Shown: positions 28,451-39,620 of the stretch, piece by piece
Numbering within the stretch: the first letter of the stretch is position 1
Layout: every line of letters starts with the position of its first letter
NCBI GenBank assembly: GCA_964496275.1
Contig: CAZBYL010000003.1
Coordinates: 9,261-73,260 of the forward strand
DNA from: an uncultured Synergistaceae bacterium
GTDB taxonomy: Bacteria; Synergistota; Synergistia; Synergistales; Synergistaceae
Length of the DNA stretch: 64,000 bases
Direction: 5' to 3'
Program-made: the position numbers and the translations under genes
Notes under the pieces: model-generated
Database searches by the model: none
What the model was told of the DNA's origin: nothing
What the model saw: only the letters and a program-made list of their open reading frames with translations

Positions 28451-29284
28451 TTATTTAACCTCCCCGGTACAATTTTCAAGAATGTACCGTTTTATTCTGT
28501 TTCGAGGGATACAATACTTTATTGAGAGCAAGTTTGCAACATTTTTCGTTGATTCTCCGCATAAAGTCATTTTTTCAGCCTCTTCCATCCACACTGAATC
28601 GTCAACCGAATCGCTTTCGTCCGAACCTGAGACAACACATACAAACTCGCCCCGTATTTTTTCTTCGGGCAGTATATCTTTAAATGTATTCAATGTTCCT
28701 GTTACCGTTTCTTGGTGTATCTTGCTTATCTCTCTTACAAGCACTGCTTTTCTGTCTCCCAATACCTCGCCCATAAGTTCAAGCTCGTTTATTATTTTGT
28801 GCGGCGACATATAAAAAACAAGAACTTCTTTTTGTCCGCAAAGAGATTTGAGACGAGTTTTTTTCTCTTCTCTTTTCCCCTTTAAGAAACCGACAAAGAG
28901 GAAAGACTCCATCTCCATGCCCGAGAGCAAGAGCGCGGGAAGCAGCGCGTTTGCCCCGGGAAGGACGTCATAAGGAAGTCCGCATTCAATAGCAGCTCTT
29001 ATTATCACACCGCCCGGATCCGAAAGACCCGGGGTTCCTGCATCGGAAACGAGAACGACGTTATCACCGTTTTCAACTCGCCTCATAAGCATATCGGCAC
29101 GCTCTGCCTCGTTATGTTCATGGCACGAGAGAAGCGGCTTTTTTATGTCGTAATGGTTAAGCAGTTTCAAAGTGTGTCTGGTATCCTCGCACGCGATCAC
29201 ATCCGCATTGCGCAGAGCACTGAGTCCGCGCAGCGTTATATCCTCAAGATTTCCTATCGGGGTGGGTACTATTATTAAAGGCAC
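28451..29284 (-). CDS. rsmI: 16S rRNA (cytidine1402-2'-O)-methyltransferase
   Basis: 277 aa, tetrapyrrole-methylase fold (IVPTPIGNLEDITLRGL..ADVIACEDTRHT...SDAGTPGLSDPG). Confidence 0.9.
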   Translation of the reverse strand: MPLIIVPTPIGNLEDITLRGLSALRNADVIACEDTRHTLKLLNHYDIKKPLLSCHEHNEAERADMLMRRVENGDNVVLVSDAGTPGLSDPGGVIIRAAIECGLPYDVLPGANALLPALLLSGMEMESFLFVGFLKGKREEKKTRLKSLCGQKEVLVFYMSPHKIINELELMGEVLGDRKAVLVREISKIHQETVTGTLNTFKDILPEEKIRGEFVCVVSGSDESDSVDDSVWMEEAEKMTLCGESTKNVANLLSIKYCIPRNRIKRYILENCTGEVK

Positions 29285-30024
29285 TGCGCACCCTCCTCTA
29301 TTCTGTAGGCATCAAGTAATTCTTGGGTTTCGTTCCCCTCGCCGTCAAGTACAAAGAGCGGCGAAGCTATCCTGAGTCCGTGACTTGCGGCCCGCATTGC
29401 CTCCACAAGAGTTACGGTAGACATCTCACAGGGTCTGGGATAGACGGGCTTCATGAGCTTTGGCGCAATGTTGGCGGAGTTCAGCATCGCAAAGAGCTCT
29501 CCTACGCGGTTCGTCCTGATGACCATGTCGAGGTATCCCTTATTCTTCAGCAGGTATCTAGCAGCAGCAATTACATCATAAAGGGTGCACTCCGCCCCGT
29601 GAAGAGCGGTGGCAAGAGCATCAGACGGACTTCTGCGGCTGTTATTTGCTTCGTCATAAGGAGGATTTACAACAATTCTGTCGAAGCTCTGAGCTTCCCA
29701 CAGTTTTTTATAATTTTTCAGATCGCCTACAATGAAAGACGCTCTTTCCTCCAGACCGTTATACTTGGCATTGTCGGATGCCATTTCTATAAGGTGCGGC
29801 TGAATATCCAGCCCTTTCACCGTGTAACCGCGTTTCGCCAGTATCAGGGATATCGCACCGTGGGCACAGCCTATTTCTAAAATCTGCTCTCTTCTCCTCG
29901 GCTTTACAAACGATGCAAGAAGAATTGTGTCGAGATTTACTCTTGGACCGCTGTTTTCGTCCGGCTGTTTTATTTTCAGAATTCCGTGTAAAAGGTCTTC
30001 GCGTGCCTGCGTCACTATGCCCAA
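29275..30024 (-). CDS. SAM-dependent methyltransferase, tRNA1(Val) m6A37 (YfiC/TrmN6)-like
   Basis: 249 aa with SAM motif ILEIGCAHG and the N6-adenine motif VVNPPY. Confidence 0.7.
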   Translation of the reverse strand: MGIVTQAREDLLHGILKIKQPDENSGPRVNLDTILLASFVKPRRREQILEIGCAHGAISLILAKRGYTVKGLDIQPHLIEMASDNAKYNGLEERASFIVGDLKNYKKLWEAQSFDRIVVNPPYDEANNSRRSPSDALATALHGAECTLYDVIAAARYLLKNKGYLDMVIRTNRVGELFAMLNSANIAPKLMKPVYPRPCEMSTVTLVEAMRAASHGLRIASPLFVLDGEGNETQELLDAYRIEEGAQCL

Positions 30025-33000
30025 TCCTCCAGTCTGACTCCTATTACCTGCGAGAGTCCAGGCTCGGACAGAGTTACGCCATATAGAACATCCGCGCGCT
30101 CCATAGTTACGCGGCGGTGCGTCATGGCCAGTATCTGTCTGTTCTTTGCGTATTCCTTTGTCAGTTCGGAAAATCTTCTTAAGTTCACTTCATCAAGAGC
30201 GGCATCTACTTCATCAAGAACCGCGAGCGGGCATCCGGCAACTTCCATTGAAGCAAACAGAAGAGAGATAGCGGCAAGTGACTGCTCTCCGCCCGATAGC
30301 TGATTTATGTTTTGCGGATGCTTTCCCGGCGGGCGTGCTACAACATCTACGCCTGTGTCCCATATTGTTTCGCCATCCGTCATCTCAAGATGAGCCTCTC
30401 CCCCGCCAAAAAGCCTCTGGAAGAGAAAGCAGAAACGTTTGTCCACCTCTTCCAATGCGTCGGAAAATACTTTATGCGCCTGTTTATCAGCGTCGTATAT
30501 GAGTTTTTCAAGCTCAGCGGCACCGGCCCGAACATCGTCAAGCTGTTCTCCGAGAAACGCGAGTCTGTCTTTGAGACTCTGATCTTCTGAAAGCACTCCC
30601 ATATTAACTTCACCGAAAGATTTTATTCTTCTGTCTCCGTCACGTATTTTTCTGCGAAGCTCCTCTATGTCAACGTCATCGGGAAGAACAGCCTCGCCCG
30701 GGTATGCATACTGTTCCTCCCACGTGTTGATAAGTTCATCAAGCTCGCGCTCTGTTTCAGCTTTTTTCGTTTCTATTCTGTTTATAGTTTCCATTCCGCC
30801 GCGAGCACGCAAATCTGCACGGGCAGTTCTTTCTCGCATATACTCACGTTTCTTTTCCAAATCAGCATAACCGGAAACATATATTTCCATTTCTTCGACA
30901 AGAGCTTTGCGTCTGTTGTGTATTTCAAGACAGCTTTTGCCTACGCGTGCAAGGTTAGATCTTTCCCTAACGCAAGTCTGGTCAAGAGAACTTATCTCTT
31001 CATCAAGATTCCAGACCTTATGCTCTTCGGCGCGAATCTCATTACTGACCCGCTCCATCAGAGCAAACTGGGAACGGAGGCGCTCCGCGGCGACTGCGGA
31101 CTCCGCACGAAGCCGTTCTCTCTCCTCTATTAACAAATGGTCGTCCTCTATGGCTGACGGAAGGTTCCACTTCTCCTCAAGTTCATCGAGAGCATTTAAT
31201 ATTCCGCGCCATTTGATTCCCTCGTCCTTTATAGCTGCAAGTATGCGCCCTCGTTCACCTTCCATACGTTTTTGCTCTTTTGCGTATGATTCCTTTTGGT
31301 CGGTCACAAGTGCAATGCGTCCGTCAAGTTCTCTTACACGCCTTGTATAAGATTCTTTCTGCTCCGCAACGGATAATTCGTCGGCCTCGGCCTTTTTAAA
31401 CTCGGCAGCGCACCGTTCTGCATTTTTTGCCGCCTTGTCCGAGTCTGTTTCCAGCTTTGCGATTTGGGCTTTAAGCTCTATCGCTTTTCCGGTCTTTTGA
31501 GATTTACCTCCGGAAACTGTCCCGCCTGGCTGAAATACATCGCCCTCAAGAGTTGCGACCGGCCCCTTAAAACCGGAGCGTACAAGGTTTTGCCCCACTC
31601 CGTAGGATTCCACAATCAAAAGGTCGCCTAGTATTTGCTGAATTGCAGGAAGCCAGTGATCTTCGACCTGTACAAGTTCTATTGCCCACCCGACTATACC
31701 TTGCATGGGAAGTCTGAATGATCTGTCGGGAAATCTCGGACGGCATCTCTCAAGCGGTAAAAATGTCGCTCTGCCCGCAGCGTTGGTTTTAAGTTTGTCT
31801 ATACAGCGCCCCGCCTCTTCCAAGTTCTCAACAAGCAATTGGAATTGGCGGCCGCCAAGATAAGCCTCAAGCGCGGAGGAAAGCGACGTGTCACAGCTAA
31901 ATACATCAATAACCGCACGCGGCGCAGCATCCAACCTGTTCAGCTTGGCAGAGGACAGGAGAAACTGTACAGGGCGCGGATATATTTCTGCCTGCATGGA
32001 ATCGGCGACTTCATTCAGTTTAGAACGTGCCTGCCCGGCCTCTCTCCTCGCGCGCTGTAACTCGGCTGCCAGATTCTGAACCTTTGCGTACAGTTCACCG
32101 TGAAGCGTCAGGAGTTTTTCCTGATCGGACAAGAGCAAATCTCGCTCCTTTTCAAGCTCTTTGATCTGCCCGTCTAAATCATTACGAGGGTCTGCCGCAC
32201 TGTTCTTTTTGTCTTTTATATCAAGCAAATCCTTGCCCAGGAAAGAGAGTTTTGCTTTTACTTGCTGAAGTTCCGCCTCAAGGTTGCCCTTCTCTTTGTT
32301 CCATGCTTCTCGTTCTTCTCTTTCATGTTCCATGCGCTCGTTGTATTCGCGCCATTTTTTTTCTATTTCCTCAAGAGCTTTCTGTGCCAAGTCAAGAGAT
32401 TCTTTTGCTTTTTTATTGACGGAGTTTGCATCGCTCTGTTCTTGCAAAAGGGCATCAAGGTGAGTTTTTGCTCTGTTGCGCTCATCTTTTGCCTGAATAA
32501 GCCTGGCGTTTGATGAGCGCAATGTTGAAGCGGACGAAAGCCCCGATTTTGTTAGAGAATCGTATCTGTTTCTGCACTGCTCAAGTTCCCATGTCTGCTG
32601 CCGGCGTGTCTGCGCAGACTTCGCGAGTTCGTTTTCCGTGTTTTCTAAGCCTTTTTTCCATATATTAAGAAAGAAATCCAGTGAGGAGCGGTCGGCATAC
32701 GCCCTGTCTATTTCCGATTGCAAAGAGAGTATGGCCTGTTCTGCGCGGCATCTTCTGAGCCAGTAGAGAAGCTTGCGCTCTTCTTCTATGCTGTCGAGTA
32801 TTTCTCTGAGCTGCGCGGCTCTTTTAACCTCGGGAGCTATTTCTTCACGCCTGAGATTAAGCTCTGCCATTATATTACGCAACTGTTCATACTCCTCTTT
32901 GACAGTTACAAGCCTGTCAGACGCCTCCATGCGCCTCTTGCGGTATATATCGATTCCGAAAAGGGTTTCGAGTCTCATTCTGCGGGCAGAGGGTCTTTGC

Positions 33001-33464
33001 TGTATAACTTCTGCAACTTCACCCTGACCTATAAAAGCAAAACGGTCGCCTTCAAGCTTCCACTCTCTTTTTACATCGTCAAGCTCTGTCAGAGTCTTTC
33101 TCATATTATCAACAAACGCAACAGTTGCACCGTCAGGAGCGGAAACACGCCGTTTGATGGAGCAGGTTTTTGTTTCGTCTCGCAGTTGGAGAGTAACCTC
33201 CGCATCCTTCGCGGCAGGCATACTTACAGAGCCCTGAAAAAGCAGGTCACTTTGTCTGCTGACACGCAAACGCCCTGCGTTGCTGTCTCCCAAAGACCAA
33301 CGAAGAGCGTCAAGAAGGTTACTCTTGCCGCTTCCGTTCGGGCCGACTATTGCGGTAAACCCAGACGAGAGAATGAGGTCGTGAGAACCGCCGAAGCTTT
33401 TGAATCCTTTAAGTTGGAGACGACCTATGTACAATTGCCCAGCCCTCTCTTTTCTGCAGAGCAC
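30015..33464 (-). CDS. smc: chromosome segregation protein SMC
   Basis: About 1140 aa with Walker [10 protein letters not shown], long coiled coils, hinge, and C-terminal LSGGEQSL and ...[12 protein letters not shown] 33434 ([14 protein letters not shown]) may be the true start. Either start overlaps the rng 3' end. Confidence 0.93.
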   Translation of the reverse strand: MLCRKERAGQLYIGRLQLKGFKSFGGSHDLILSSGFTAIVGPNGSGKSNLLDALRWSLGDSNAGRLRVSRQSDLLFQGSVSMPAAKDAEVTLQLRDETKTCSIKRRVSAPDGATVAFVDNMRKTLTELDDVKREWKLEGDRFAFIGQGEVAEVIQQRPSARRMRLETLFGIDIYRKRRMEASDRLVTVKEEYEQLRNIMAELNLRREEIAPEVKRAAQLREILDSIEEERKLLYWLRRCRAEQAILSLQSEIDRAYADRSSLDFFLNIWKKGLENTENELAKSAQTRRQQTWELEQCRNRYDSLTKSGLSSASTLRSSNARLIQAKDERNRAKTHLDALLQEQSDANSVNKKAKESLDLAQKALEEIEKKWREYNERMEHEREEREAWNKEKGNLEAELQQVKAKLSFLGKDLLDIKDKKNSAADPRNDLDGQIKELEKERDLLLSDQEKLLTLHGELYAKVQNLAAELQRARREAGQARSKLNEVADSMQAEIYPRPVQFLLSSAKLNRLDAAPRAVIDVFSCDTSLSSALEAYLGGRQFQLLVENLEEAGRCIDKLKTNAAGRATFLPLERCRPRFPDRSFRLPMQGIVGWAIELVQVEDHWLPAIQQILGDLLIVESYGVGQNLVRSGFKGPVATLEGDVFQPGGTVSGGKSQKTGKAIELKAQIAKLETDSDKAAKNAERCAAEFKKAEADELSVAEQKESYTRRVRELDGRIALVTDQKESYAKEQKRMEGERGRILAAIKDEGIKWRGILNALDELEEKWNLPSAIEDDHLLIEERERLRAESAVAAERLRSQFALMERVSNEIRAEEHKVWNLDEEISSLDQTCVRERSNLARVGKSCLEIHNRRKALVEEMEIYVSGYADLEKKREYMRERTARADLRARGGMETINRIETKKAETERELDELINTWEEQYAYPGEAVLPDDVDIEELRRKIRDGDRRIKSFGEVNMGVLSEDQSLKDRLAFLGEQLDDVRAGAAELEKLIYDADKQAHKVFSDALEEVDKRFCFLFQRLFGGGEAHLEMTDGETIWDTGVDVVARPPGKHPQNINQLSGGEQSLAAISLLFASMEVAGCPLAVLDEVDAALDEVNLRRFSELTKEYAKNRQILAMTHRRVTMERADVLYGVTLSEPGLSQVIGVRLEDWA

Positions 33465-34914
33465 TTATTCTGTGTTCAACCTGAGTGAGCCCGCCTTGGC
33501 TCTCAAGTCTGAATTTTCCCCATGAAAAATCGGGACAGCCCCTTATAAATATTTTTTTATCAAACTCTTCTTCCCAAAGAGCAAGGAACGTTTCGGCAAT
33601 ATATTCCGCTACGGAAGTGTATGCCTCTATCAGCAAAGCTTCTGACTTTGACGAAGAGATTACCTTGCGGATGAATCGTTTTATCTGCATTGCAACGCCC
33701 TCTTCTCTCGGAACCCATCCCAAACCGCCGCAGAACGGACAGCCTCTGCTCATAGCGGCTCTTATGTCTGTTCTGGCACGCTTCCTCGTAATTTCGACAA
33801 GTCCGAGTCCCGTCACTCCGTACACTCTGGCTTTGCATTTGTCGTTCTTGAATAGTTCCTGCAGCTGCAGCACCAAATTATCTTTATCTTCTTCAGTATC
33901 CATGTCAATAAAATCAACGACAACGATTCCGCCGAGCGCCCTGAGTCTGAGCTGTCTTGTTATTTCAACGGCAGCCTCCATGTTTGTTTTAAGAACTGTG
34001 TCATTAAGATTTTTTGACCCCACAAATTTGCCGGTATTAACATCTATTACCGTGAGCGCCTCTGTCTGGTCGATAACAAGGTATGCCCCGGAAGAAAGCC
34101 ACACTTTCCTGTCCTGTAATTCATCAAGCTGATTTTCTATGTTATACACATCAAAAAGCGGGATTTTACCTTTATACAGGCTTATCTCCATTTTCTTTTC
34201 AGAGAAGAATTTTTGTACAAAGGCTTCTATGTTTTCCTTGTCTTCCTCTGTATCAACGACAATCTCTTCAACGCCTTCGGTCAGTTCATCTCTCAGAACT
34301 CTCTCAAGCAATCCCAAATCCTTATGTATAAGGCATGGGGCGCTGTTCTGTTTAGCCTTGCGCTGAATAACTTCCCACTGTGCCACAAGCTGATCAGCAT
34401 CCTCGATCAGACTTTCTATGTCACAATTTTCCGCGACTGTCCTGATTATTATTCCGAAACCATCCGGACGTATCTGCTTTGCGATGTTCCTAAGCCTTGC
34501 TCGTTCTTCCTCTTCCTCAATGCGTTTTGACACGCCGGTCTCATGACCGCCCGGAATGAGAACCATAAAGCGGCCTGCAAGCGATATTCTCGGAGAGACT
34601 CGTGCGCCCTTGCCCTTTCTTGCATTCTTTACTACTTGTACAAGCATCTCTATTCCCGGTTTGACATCTATACCGTGGACATCGTCAAGATAGAGAAAAC
34701 CGTTGCGCCCGTCGCCCAGATTGAGAAAAGCGGAGTGCATGCCCGGCAGTACGGAATCAACTCTGGCTTTGTATATTTCTCCTGTGCGCTGGTGTTCCAA
34801 CATTCTCTCTACAAAAAAATCATAAAGCTTGCCTCTTTCATCTAAAATGGCAATTCTTATCTCCTCAGGGTCGATAAGGTTAGCTATTATTTTCTTCGTT
34901 AAAGTATCAGCCAT
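33409..34914 (-). CDS. rng: ribonuclease G/E family endoribonuclease (Rne/Rng)
   Basis: 501 aa with S1 domain (GEIYKARVDSVLPGMHSAFLNLG), DNase-I-like and Zn-link (CPFCGG). ATG 34914 is 5-6 nt after GGGAGGTG. Confidence 0.9.
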   Translation of the reverse strand: MADTLTKKIIANLIDPEEIRIAILDERGKLYDFFVERMLEHQRTGEIYKARVDSVLPGMHSAFLNLGDGRNGFLYLDDVHGIDVKPGIEMLVQVVKNARKGKGARVSPRISLAGRFMVLIPGGHETGVSKRIEEEEERARLRNIAKQIRPDGFGIIIRTVAENCDIESLIEDADQLVAQWEVIQRKAKQNSAPCLIHKDLGLLERVLRDELTEGVEEIVVDTEEDKENIEAFVQKFFSEKKMEISLYKGKIPLFDVYNIENQLDELQDRKVWLSSGAYLVIDQTEALTVIDVNTGKFVGSKNLNDTVLKTNMEAAVEITRQLRLRALGGIVVVDFIDMDTEEDKDNLVLQLQELFKNDKCKARVYGVTGLGLVEITRKRARTDIRAAMSRGCPFCGGLGWVPREEGVAMQIKRFIRKVISSSKSEALLIEAYTSVAEYIAETFLALWEEEFDKKIFIRGCPDFSWGKFRLESQGGLTQVEHRISALQKREGWAIVHRSSPT

Positions 34915-34930
34915 GTCTACACCTCCCATA

Positions 34931-35533
34931 TCAAATGAGCGGAAGCACTGTTTGGGATCCGTCGTTCCATGTTCCGACGCAGTTTCTTACAATTCTCAGC
35001 TCAGACCAACCGGCACAAATACCGCTTTCTTTGAGCGCCTTGACAAGACACCCCGCGCTGCAGTGTTCCAAGTCGCCTATTGTCACTGTCACAGTGCCGG
35101 ATTCTATGGAAGATTGAAAAAGCACGCCTTTAGCGCGAACTTCATCCTCAATAACTGCAAGAGCACGCTCGTCCAATGTGAATCCTATGCCGTCAATTCT
35201 GTATGTGCCTGCGGTAGTCAACTTTGCAAGAGCAGAACCATCGACTTCTGCGGATTTTATTATCTCTATACCCTCTGGAATACAGGAATTCCATTTTTCA
35301 ACAGAGTCTGACGCCCATTCGTTAAACCAAAACTCGGCGGGCTCCGCAGACCCTTCCACACCTATTGCAAGCGGGGGGCCAAGGCTGATATGCGGGTGCG
35401 GAGAGTATCCTTGGGTAAATTCCTGGGATAATCCTGCCCTTCTTGCCGCACGGGAAAACATGGTAGGAAGATCCATGTGGTTTACAAATGTTATCCAACC
35501 GCTCTTTTTAAAAATTATTCTTATTCTATGCAT
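34931..35533 (-). CDS. TIGR03936-type radical SAM-linked protein (DUF2344)
   Basis: MHRIRIIFKKSGWITFVNHMDLPTMFSRAARRAGL...GYSPHPHISLGPPLAIG is the family's conserved N-terminus as I recall it. ATG 35533 overlaps the upstream stop (ATGCATAG). Confidence 0.75.
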   Translation of the reverse strand: MHRIRIIFKKSGWITFVNHMDLPTMFSRAARRAGLSQEFTQGYSPHPHISLGPPLAIGVEGSAEPAEFWFNEWASDSVEKWNSCIPEGIEIIKSAEVDGSALAKLTTAGTYRIDGIGFTLDERALAVIEDEVRAKGVLFQSSIESGTVTVTIGDLEHCSAGCLVKALKESGICAGWSELRIVRNCVGTWNDGSQTVLPLI

Positions 35534-37307
35534 TGCCGCACCCTCTGACATCAGTATGTCCCTGCCAGCCGCAATAGTTGCATCCGTCGCGACAGTCTTT
35601 CGTCAATATTCCGGAGATAGCCAGCTCTCTTTCTCCTGCAAGGTAGGTCTTTGACACGCCCGAATCTATCATGTCCCAAGGGAGAGGTTCATCAAGCGGC
35701 CTGGGGCGGCTTACATAGCTGTCGGAATCTATTTCCAGATCTCTGAATACTTCCATCCAGCGTTCGAAATTAAAACATTCCGTCCAGCCGTCAAAGCGTT
35801 CTCCCCTCCTCCAAGCTTCCTCTATGGCATCAGCAAGACGCTCATCACCTCTGGCAAAGACACCTTCAAGGTATGTCTGGTCGGGTTCGTGATATGAAAG
35901 GCTGACTTTCCTGTTTCTTATGCTATTTTTTACAAAGCGCCCGCGCTCGCGAAGCGAGGCTCGGTCAAGCTGGGCTTCCCACTGAAACGGTGTGTGCGCT
36001 TTTGGGACAAACCCGGCAAGCGACGCGTTGACGTCTCCGTGCCTTTTATGTTTTTTTGCAATGGAGACTGCTCTGTTGCATATATCAATGATTCCGGCCA
36101 AATCTTCTTCTGTCTCGGTCGGAAGTCCCATCATAAAATAAAGCTTTACTCTGTCCCAGCCATGCGAGAAGGTTGCCTCAAGAGCCGCTTCTATATCGGC
36201 ATCCGATACGCCCTTATTTATCACATTTCTTAGCCTTTGTGTTCCGGCTTCCGGTGCAAAGGTGAGACCGCCTTTACGTATAGATTCAAGCTCAGCCGCC
36301 ATATTGACAGAGAAAGCATCTACTCTGAGACTTGGAAGACTCAGCTTAATTTGATTTTCAGCAAGCATTGGCCCAAATTTTTTTAATGTTTCCGCAAGCT
36401 GTGACCAGTCGCAAGTCGCAAGCGACAAGAGTCCGACTTCTTCCCAGCCCGTGTTTTTTAAAAGCTGACGAACCTGCTCCACAACAGAGTCTGCACTTCT
36501 TTCGCGCACAGGTCTGTCAATCATTCCTGCCTGGCAAAAACGGCATCCGCGTGTGCAACCTTTGAAAGCCTGCACGGCAACCCTGTCGTGAACAATTCCT
36601 GTGTTGGGAACTATCATCGACGTATGAAAAAATGTCTCGTCAAGATTTTCGGCAATTTGCCTTCTGACAGGGGTATCTCTCTTTACAGCCGGAACATACA
36701 CCCCGTCTATCTTTGAAATTGCCTGAAGTCTTTCTTCCCTTGATCGTCCTTTAAGCTCATGAAGCGTTCTGTAAACATCAGGAAGTAAGACCTCCCCGTC
36801 ACCTACACAGAAAGCATCTATAAAAGGGGAAACCGGAGCGGGCGACAGTGCCCCGGGGCCGCCGGCAATTACAATAGGGTCGGAATCCTTTCTGTGTGCC
36901 GAGCGTAATGGAATACCGCCCAAATCCAGGATCGTAAGTATGTTTGTGTATGAGAGTTCATATTGAAGAGTGAAACCTATTACATCAAATTCCGATATCG
37001 GGCGTTTGCTTTCCAACGCCCACAGAGGCGTTCCGGTTTTTCTAAGAGCATCTTCCATATCCATCCACGGAGCATAAACCCTTTCCGCGTCCGCGAAGCT
37101 AAGGGATTTTGTGAGAGAATAGAGTATTTGGAAACCCAGGTAACTCATTCCGACTTCGTAAAGGTCAGGGAAAGCGTAACACACCCTAAGTATGCCCGGA
37201 GAATCTTTTACAGGGCCGCTGCCCCATTCCCCGCCGACATAACGTGACGGGCGCTTAACGCCGGAAAGAAGCGAGCGGCGCGTATCCGTCTCAAAAGATA
37301 TAGACAT
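35526..37307 (-). CDS. TIGR03960-type B12-binding-domain radical SAM protein
   Basis: 593 aa with the radical SAM cluster motif CTRGCRFCQAG and an N-terminal B12-binding-like domain. It is paired with the DUF2344 partner. Confidence 0.8.
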   Translation of the reverse strand: MSISFETDTRRSLLSGVKRPSRYVGGEWGSGPVKDSPGILRVCYAFPDLYEVGMSYLGFQILYSLTKSLSFADAERVYAPWMDMEDALRKTGTPLWALESKRPISEFDVIGFTLQYELSYTNILTILDLGGIPLRSAHRKDSDPIVIAGGPGALSPAPVSPFIDAFCVGDGEVLLPDVYRTLHELKGRSREERLQAISKIDGVYVPAVKRDTPVRRQIAENLDETFFHTSMIVPNTGIVHDRVAVQAFKGCTRGCRFCQAGMIDRPVRERSADSVVEQVRQLLKNTGWEEVGLLSLATCDWSQLAETLKKFGPMLAENQIKLSLPSLRVDAFSVNMAAELESIRKGGLTFAPEAGTQRLRNVINKGVSDADIEAALEATFSHGWDRVKLYFMMGLPTETEEDLAGIIDICNRAVSIAKKHKRHGDVNASLAGFVPKAHTPFQWEAQLDRASLRERGRFVKNSIRNRKVSLSYHEPDQTYLEGVFARGDERLADAIEEAWRRGERFDGWTECFNFERWMEVFRDLEIDSDSYVSRPRPLDEPLPWDMIDSGVSKTYLAGERELAISGILTKDCRDGCNYCGWQGHTDVRGCGNA

Positions 37308-37410
37308 TTTTCTTTGTCCTCCTGAGATGGCGCATTATATGCAGAAACATAACGACGACATCTAAATTTTACCGTGACACTCTATTTTTTATGCCACGCG
37401 TAATTTCAAA

Positions 37411-38526
37411 TCAAAATCTGTCCGAACGTGACGTTATATAAACGCTCTGGACAAGTGCGAGACCTATCGCTACAGCCAAAAGCGAGCTTCCGCCGTAGCT
37501 GAAAAGGGGCAAAGGAAGACCGGTTACGGGTGCAAGCCCCATGCTCATAGCCACACTCTCTGTTATCTGAAACCATATCCATGCGGTTATTGCAACAACC
37601 ATCATCTTTGCGGTCAGGTCCTTCGTATAAAGAGCCGTGGAAAGCATCCTCCACAAAAGCAACGCAAACAATAATATAACTATCACACTGCCTATAAAGC
37701 CAAACTCTTCGGAGAAAACGCTGAATATAAAGTCTGTATGGGGCTCGGGCAAAAAATGCAGTTTGCCCTGCGTTCCCTGCATAAAACCTTTTCCCAAAAA
37801 ACCGCCCGAGCCGACCGCGATACGAGACTGGATTACATTATACCCCGCTCCCTGCGGATCTATTGAAGGATCTACAAATACCAAAAGGCGCATACGCTGA
37901 TACGGTTTTAATGCAAGCCACGCGATTGGGAGTGATGCCAACGCAGCAATTCCCATACCGCAAATAAACTTAAGGGGTGAACCCGCGGCAATAAGAACGG
38001 CAAATAACATGACGGAGTACACAAGCGCGCTGCCTAAGTCCGGTTGGAGCAGTATCAAAAAGATCATTGCCCCCGACATTGCAAGAGTCGGAAGCATACT
38101 CTTAAAGCTTACCGGCGGAAACTTTGTACAAAGCCCTGCCAGAGTAAGCGCAAAAACGACCTTTCCCAGTTCCGACGGCTGGAATCTGATGAATCCCAGA
38201 TTAAACCAGCTCTGTGCCCCTTTGGAGGTATGTCCTATGATAAGGAGAAGAACCAGCAAAACAACCATAACAGCCAGCAACGGTACTGTAGCGGCCAAAA
38301 ATTTCCTGTAACCTATTTTGATTATTAAGACGTAAACGAGGGCGCTTACGCCGCCCCATATCAACTGCTTCAGAGCAAATGAGGACACGAAGGCTCCCGT
38401 TGCAAACGAACTGGCACTATGTATCGCAATTACACCCAGAGAAAAAAGTACGATAGTTACAATGAGCATAAGGATATCCGAGTATGATCGGATATCCGCC
38501 CAGCCAACCTTCTTTTCGTCAGACAT
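37411..38526 (-). CDS. rodA: peptidoglycan glycosyltransferase RodA (SEDS family)
   Basis: 371 aa, about 10 TM segments, conserved ...QPSELGK..., ...PEPHTDFIFS..., ...GLPLPLFSYGGSS. Confidence 0.88.
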   Translation of the reverse strand: MSDEKKVGWADIRSYSDILMLIVTIVLFSLGVIAIHSASSFATGAFVSSFALKQLIWGGVSALVYVLIIKIGYRKFLAATVPLLAVMVVLLVLLLIIGHTSKGAQSWFNLGFIRFQPSELGKVVFALTLAGLCTKFPPVSFKSMLPTLAMSGAMIFLILLQPDLGSALVYSVMLFAVLIAAGSPLKFICGMGIAALASLPIAWLALKPYQRMRLLVFVDPSIDPQGAGYNVIQSRIAVGSGGFLGKGFMQGTQGKLHFLPEPHTDFIFSVFSEEFGFIGSVIVILLFALLLWRMLSTALYTKDLTAKMMVVAITAWIWFQITESVAMSMGLAPVTGLPLPLFSYGGSSLLAVAIGLALVQSVYITSRSDRF

Positions 38527-38800
38527 TCTTTGATTTGCCTCTGCTGGATCTGTGCATGTTCAAAAGCGGAATGCTCGCAACCAAGGCAACAGAGCGGTCT
38601 TCTTTGTTCAGCTCTATTTCTATACCGTTTTCGTCAATCTCAAGATATTTCTTTATTGTCTGTATCATCTCTACCTTCAGAGCATTCAGCGTTTCGGGGG
38701 AGATGTCGTTTCTGTCGTGTATCAATACAAGCTGAAGTCTCTCTTTGGCGACGTTGCCGCTTTTGTCAGATTTAAAAAGTTTACCGAGAAATTCAAACAT
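38519..38800 (-). CDS. minE: cell division topological specificity factor MinE
   Basis: 93 aa. MFEFLGKLFK...AKERLQLVLIHDR is the classic MinE N-terminus. Lies downstream of minD. Confidence 0.9.
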   Translation of the reverse strand: MFEFLGKLFKSDKSGNVAKERLQLVLIHDRNDISPETLNALKVEMIQTIKKYLEIDENGIEIELNKEDRSVALVASIPLLNMHRSSRGKSKNV

Positions 38801-38808
38801 GTCCCCAC

Positions 38809-39600
38809 CTACTTTCTTCCGAACAGCCAGGACAAAAAGCCTTTGGGTTCTGCGACAAGATCCATCATCGGAACATCTTCGCCTACTATGCGTTTTGCGA
38901 TGTTGGCGTATGCCTGAGCTGCCTTAGATGTGCTGCCCAACACCAGAGGTTCTCCTTTATTGGCGGAGGTAACTATGCTTTCGTCATCCGGGACTATGCC
39001 TATTAAGTCTACGGCCAGAATGTCGAGGACATCCTGAACGTCGAGCATGTCGCCGCGGCGAACCATTTCGGGGCGTATTCTGTTTATTATCAGCCTGATT
39101 GGTGCTTTGTCCATTGACTCAAGAAGTCCGATTATCCTATCGGCGTCTCTTACAGCGGACACTTCCGGAGTTGTTATCACCAGAGCTTCGTCTGCGCCGG
39201 CAGCCGAATTTCTGAATCCTGACTCGATTCCGGCAGGACTGTCCACAAAGACAAAGTCAAAATCTTTTCTGAGTTCGTCACAGAGAGCGATCATTTGCTC
39301 CGATGTTACGGCATCTTTGGTTCTGGACTGAGCTGTAGGTATCAGGTAGAGGTTCTCAAGCCGCTTATCTTTGATAAGAGCTTGATTCAGACGGCAGTTA
39401 CCTTCAACGACATCAACCAGAGTGTATACTATTCTGTTTTCAAGTCCCATTATTACGTCAAGGTTCCTAAGCCCAACATCACCGTCAATGGCAACGACTT
39501 TATAGCCGTTCCCAGCCAGCGCTGCCGCAAGATTCGCCGTAGTCGTAGTCTTCCCGACTCCGCCCTTACCGGATGTTACAACTATAATTCTGCAAGCCAT
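38809..39600 (-). CDS. minD: septum site-determining ATPase MinD
   Basis: MACRIIVVTSGKGGVGKTTTTANLA (deviant Walker A) and a C-terminal amphipathic helix (GFLSWLFGRK). ATG 39600 is preceded by AAGGGG. Confidence 0.93.
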   Translation of the reverse strand: MACRIIVVTSGKGGVGKTTTTANLAAALAGNGYKVVAIDGDVGLRNLDVIMGLENRIVYTLVDVVEGNCRLNQALIKDKRLENLYLIPTAQSRTKDAVTSEQMIALCDELRKDFDFVFVDSPAGIESGFRNSAAGADEALVITTPEVSAVRDADRIIGLLESMDKAPIRLIINRIRPEMVRRGDMLDVQDVLDILAVDLIGIVPDDESIVTSANKGEPLVLGSTSKAAQAYANIAKRIVGEDVPMMDLVAEPKGFLSWLFGRK

Positions 39601-39620
39601 TGCCAAAACCCCTTTATATG

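Noticed and set aside
32718-34132. Two plus-strand ORFs of 256 and 215 aa
   Set aside because: They are antisense to smc and rng, whose minus-strand translations carry unambiguous family motifs. The plus-strand products are Ser/Leu/Phe-rich and featureless.
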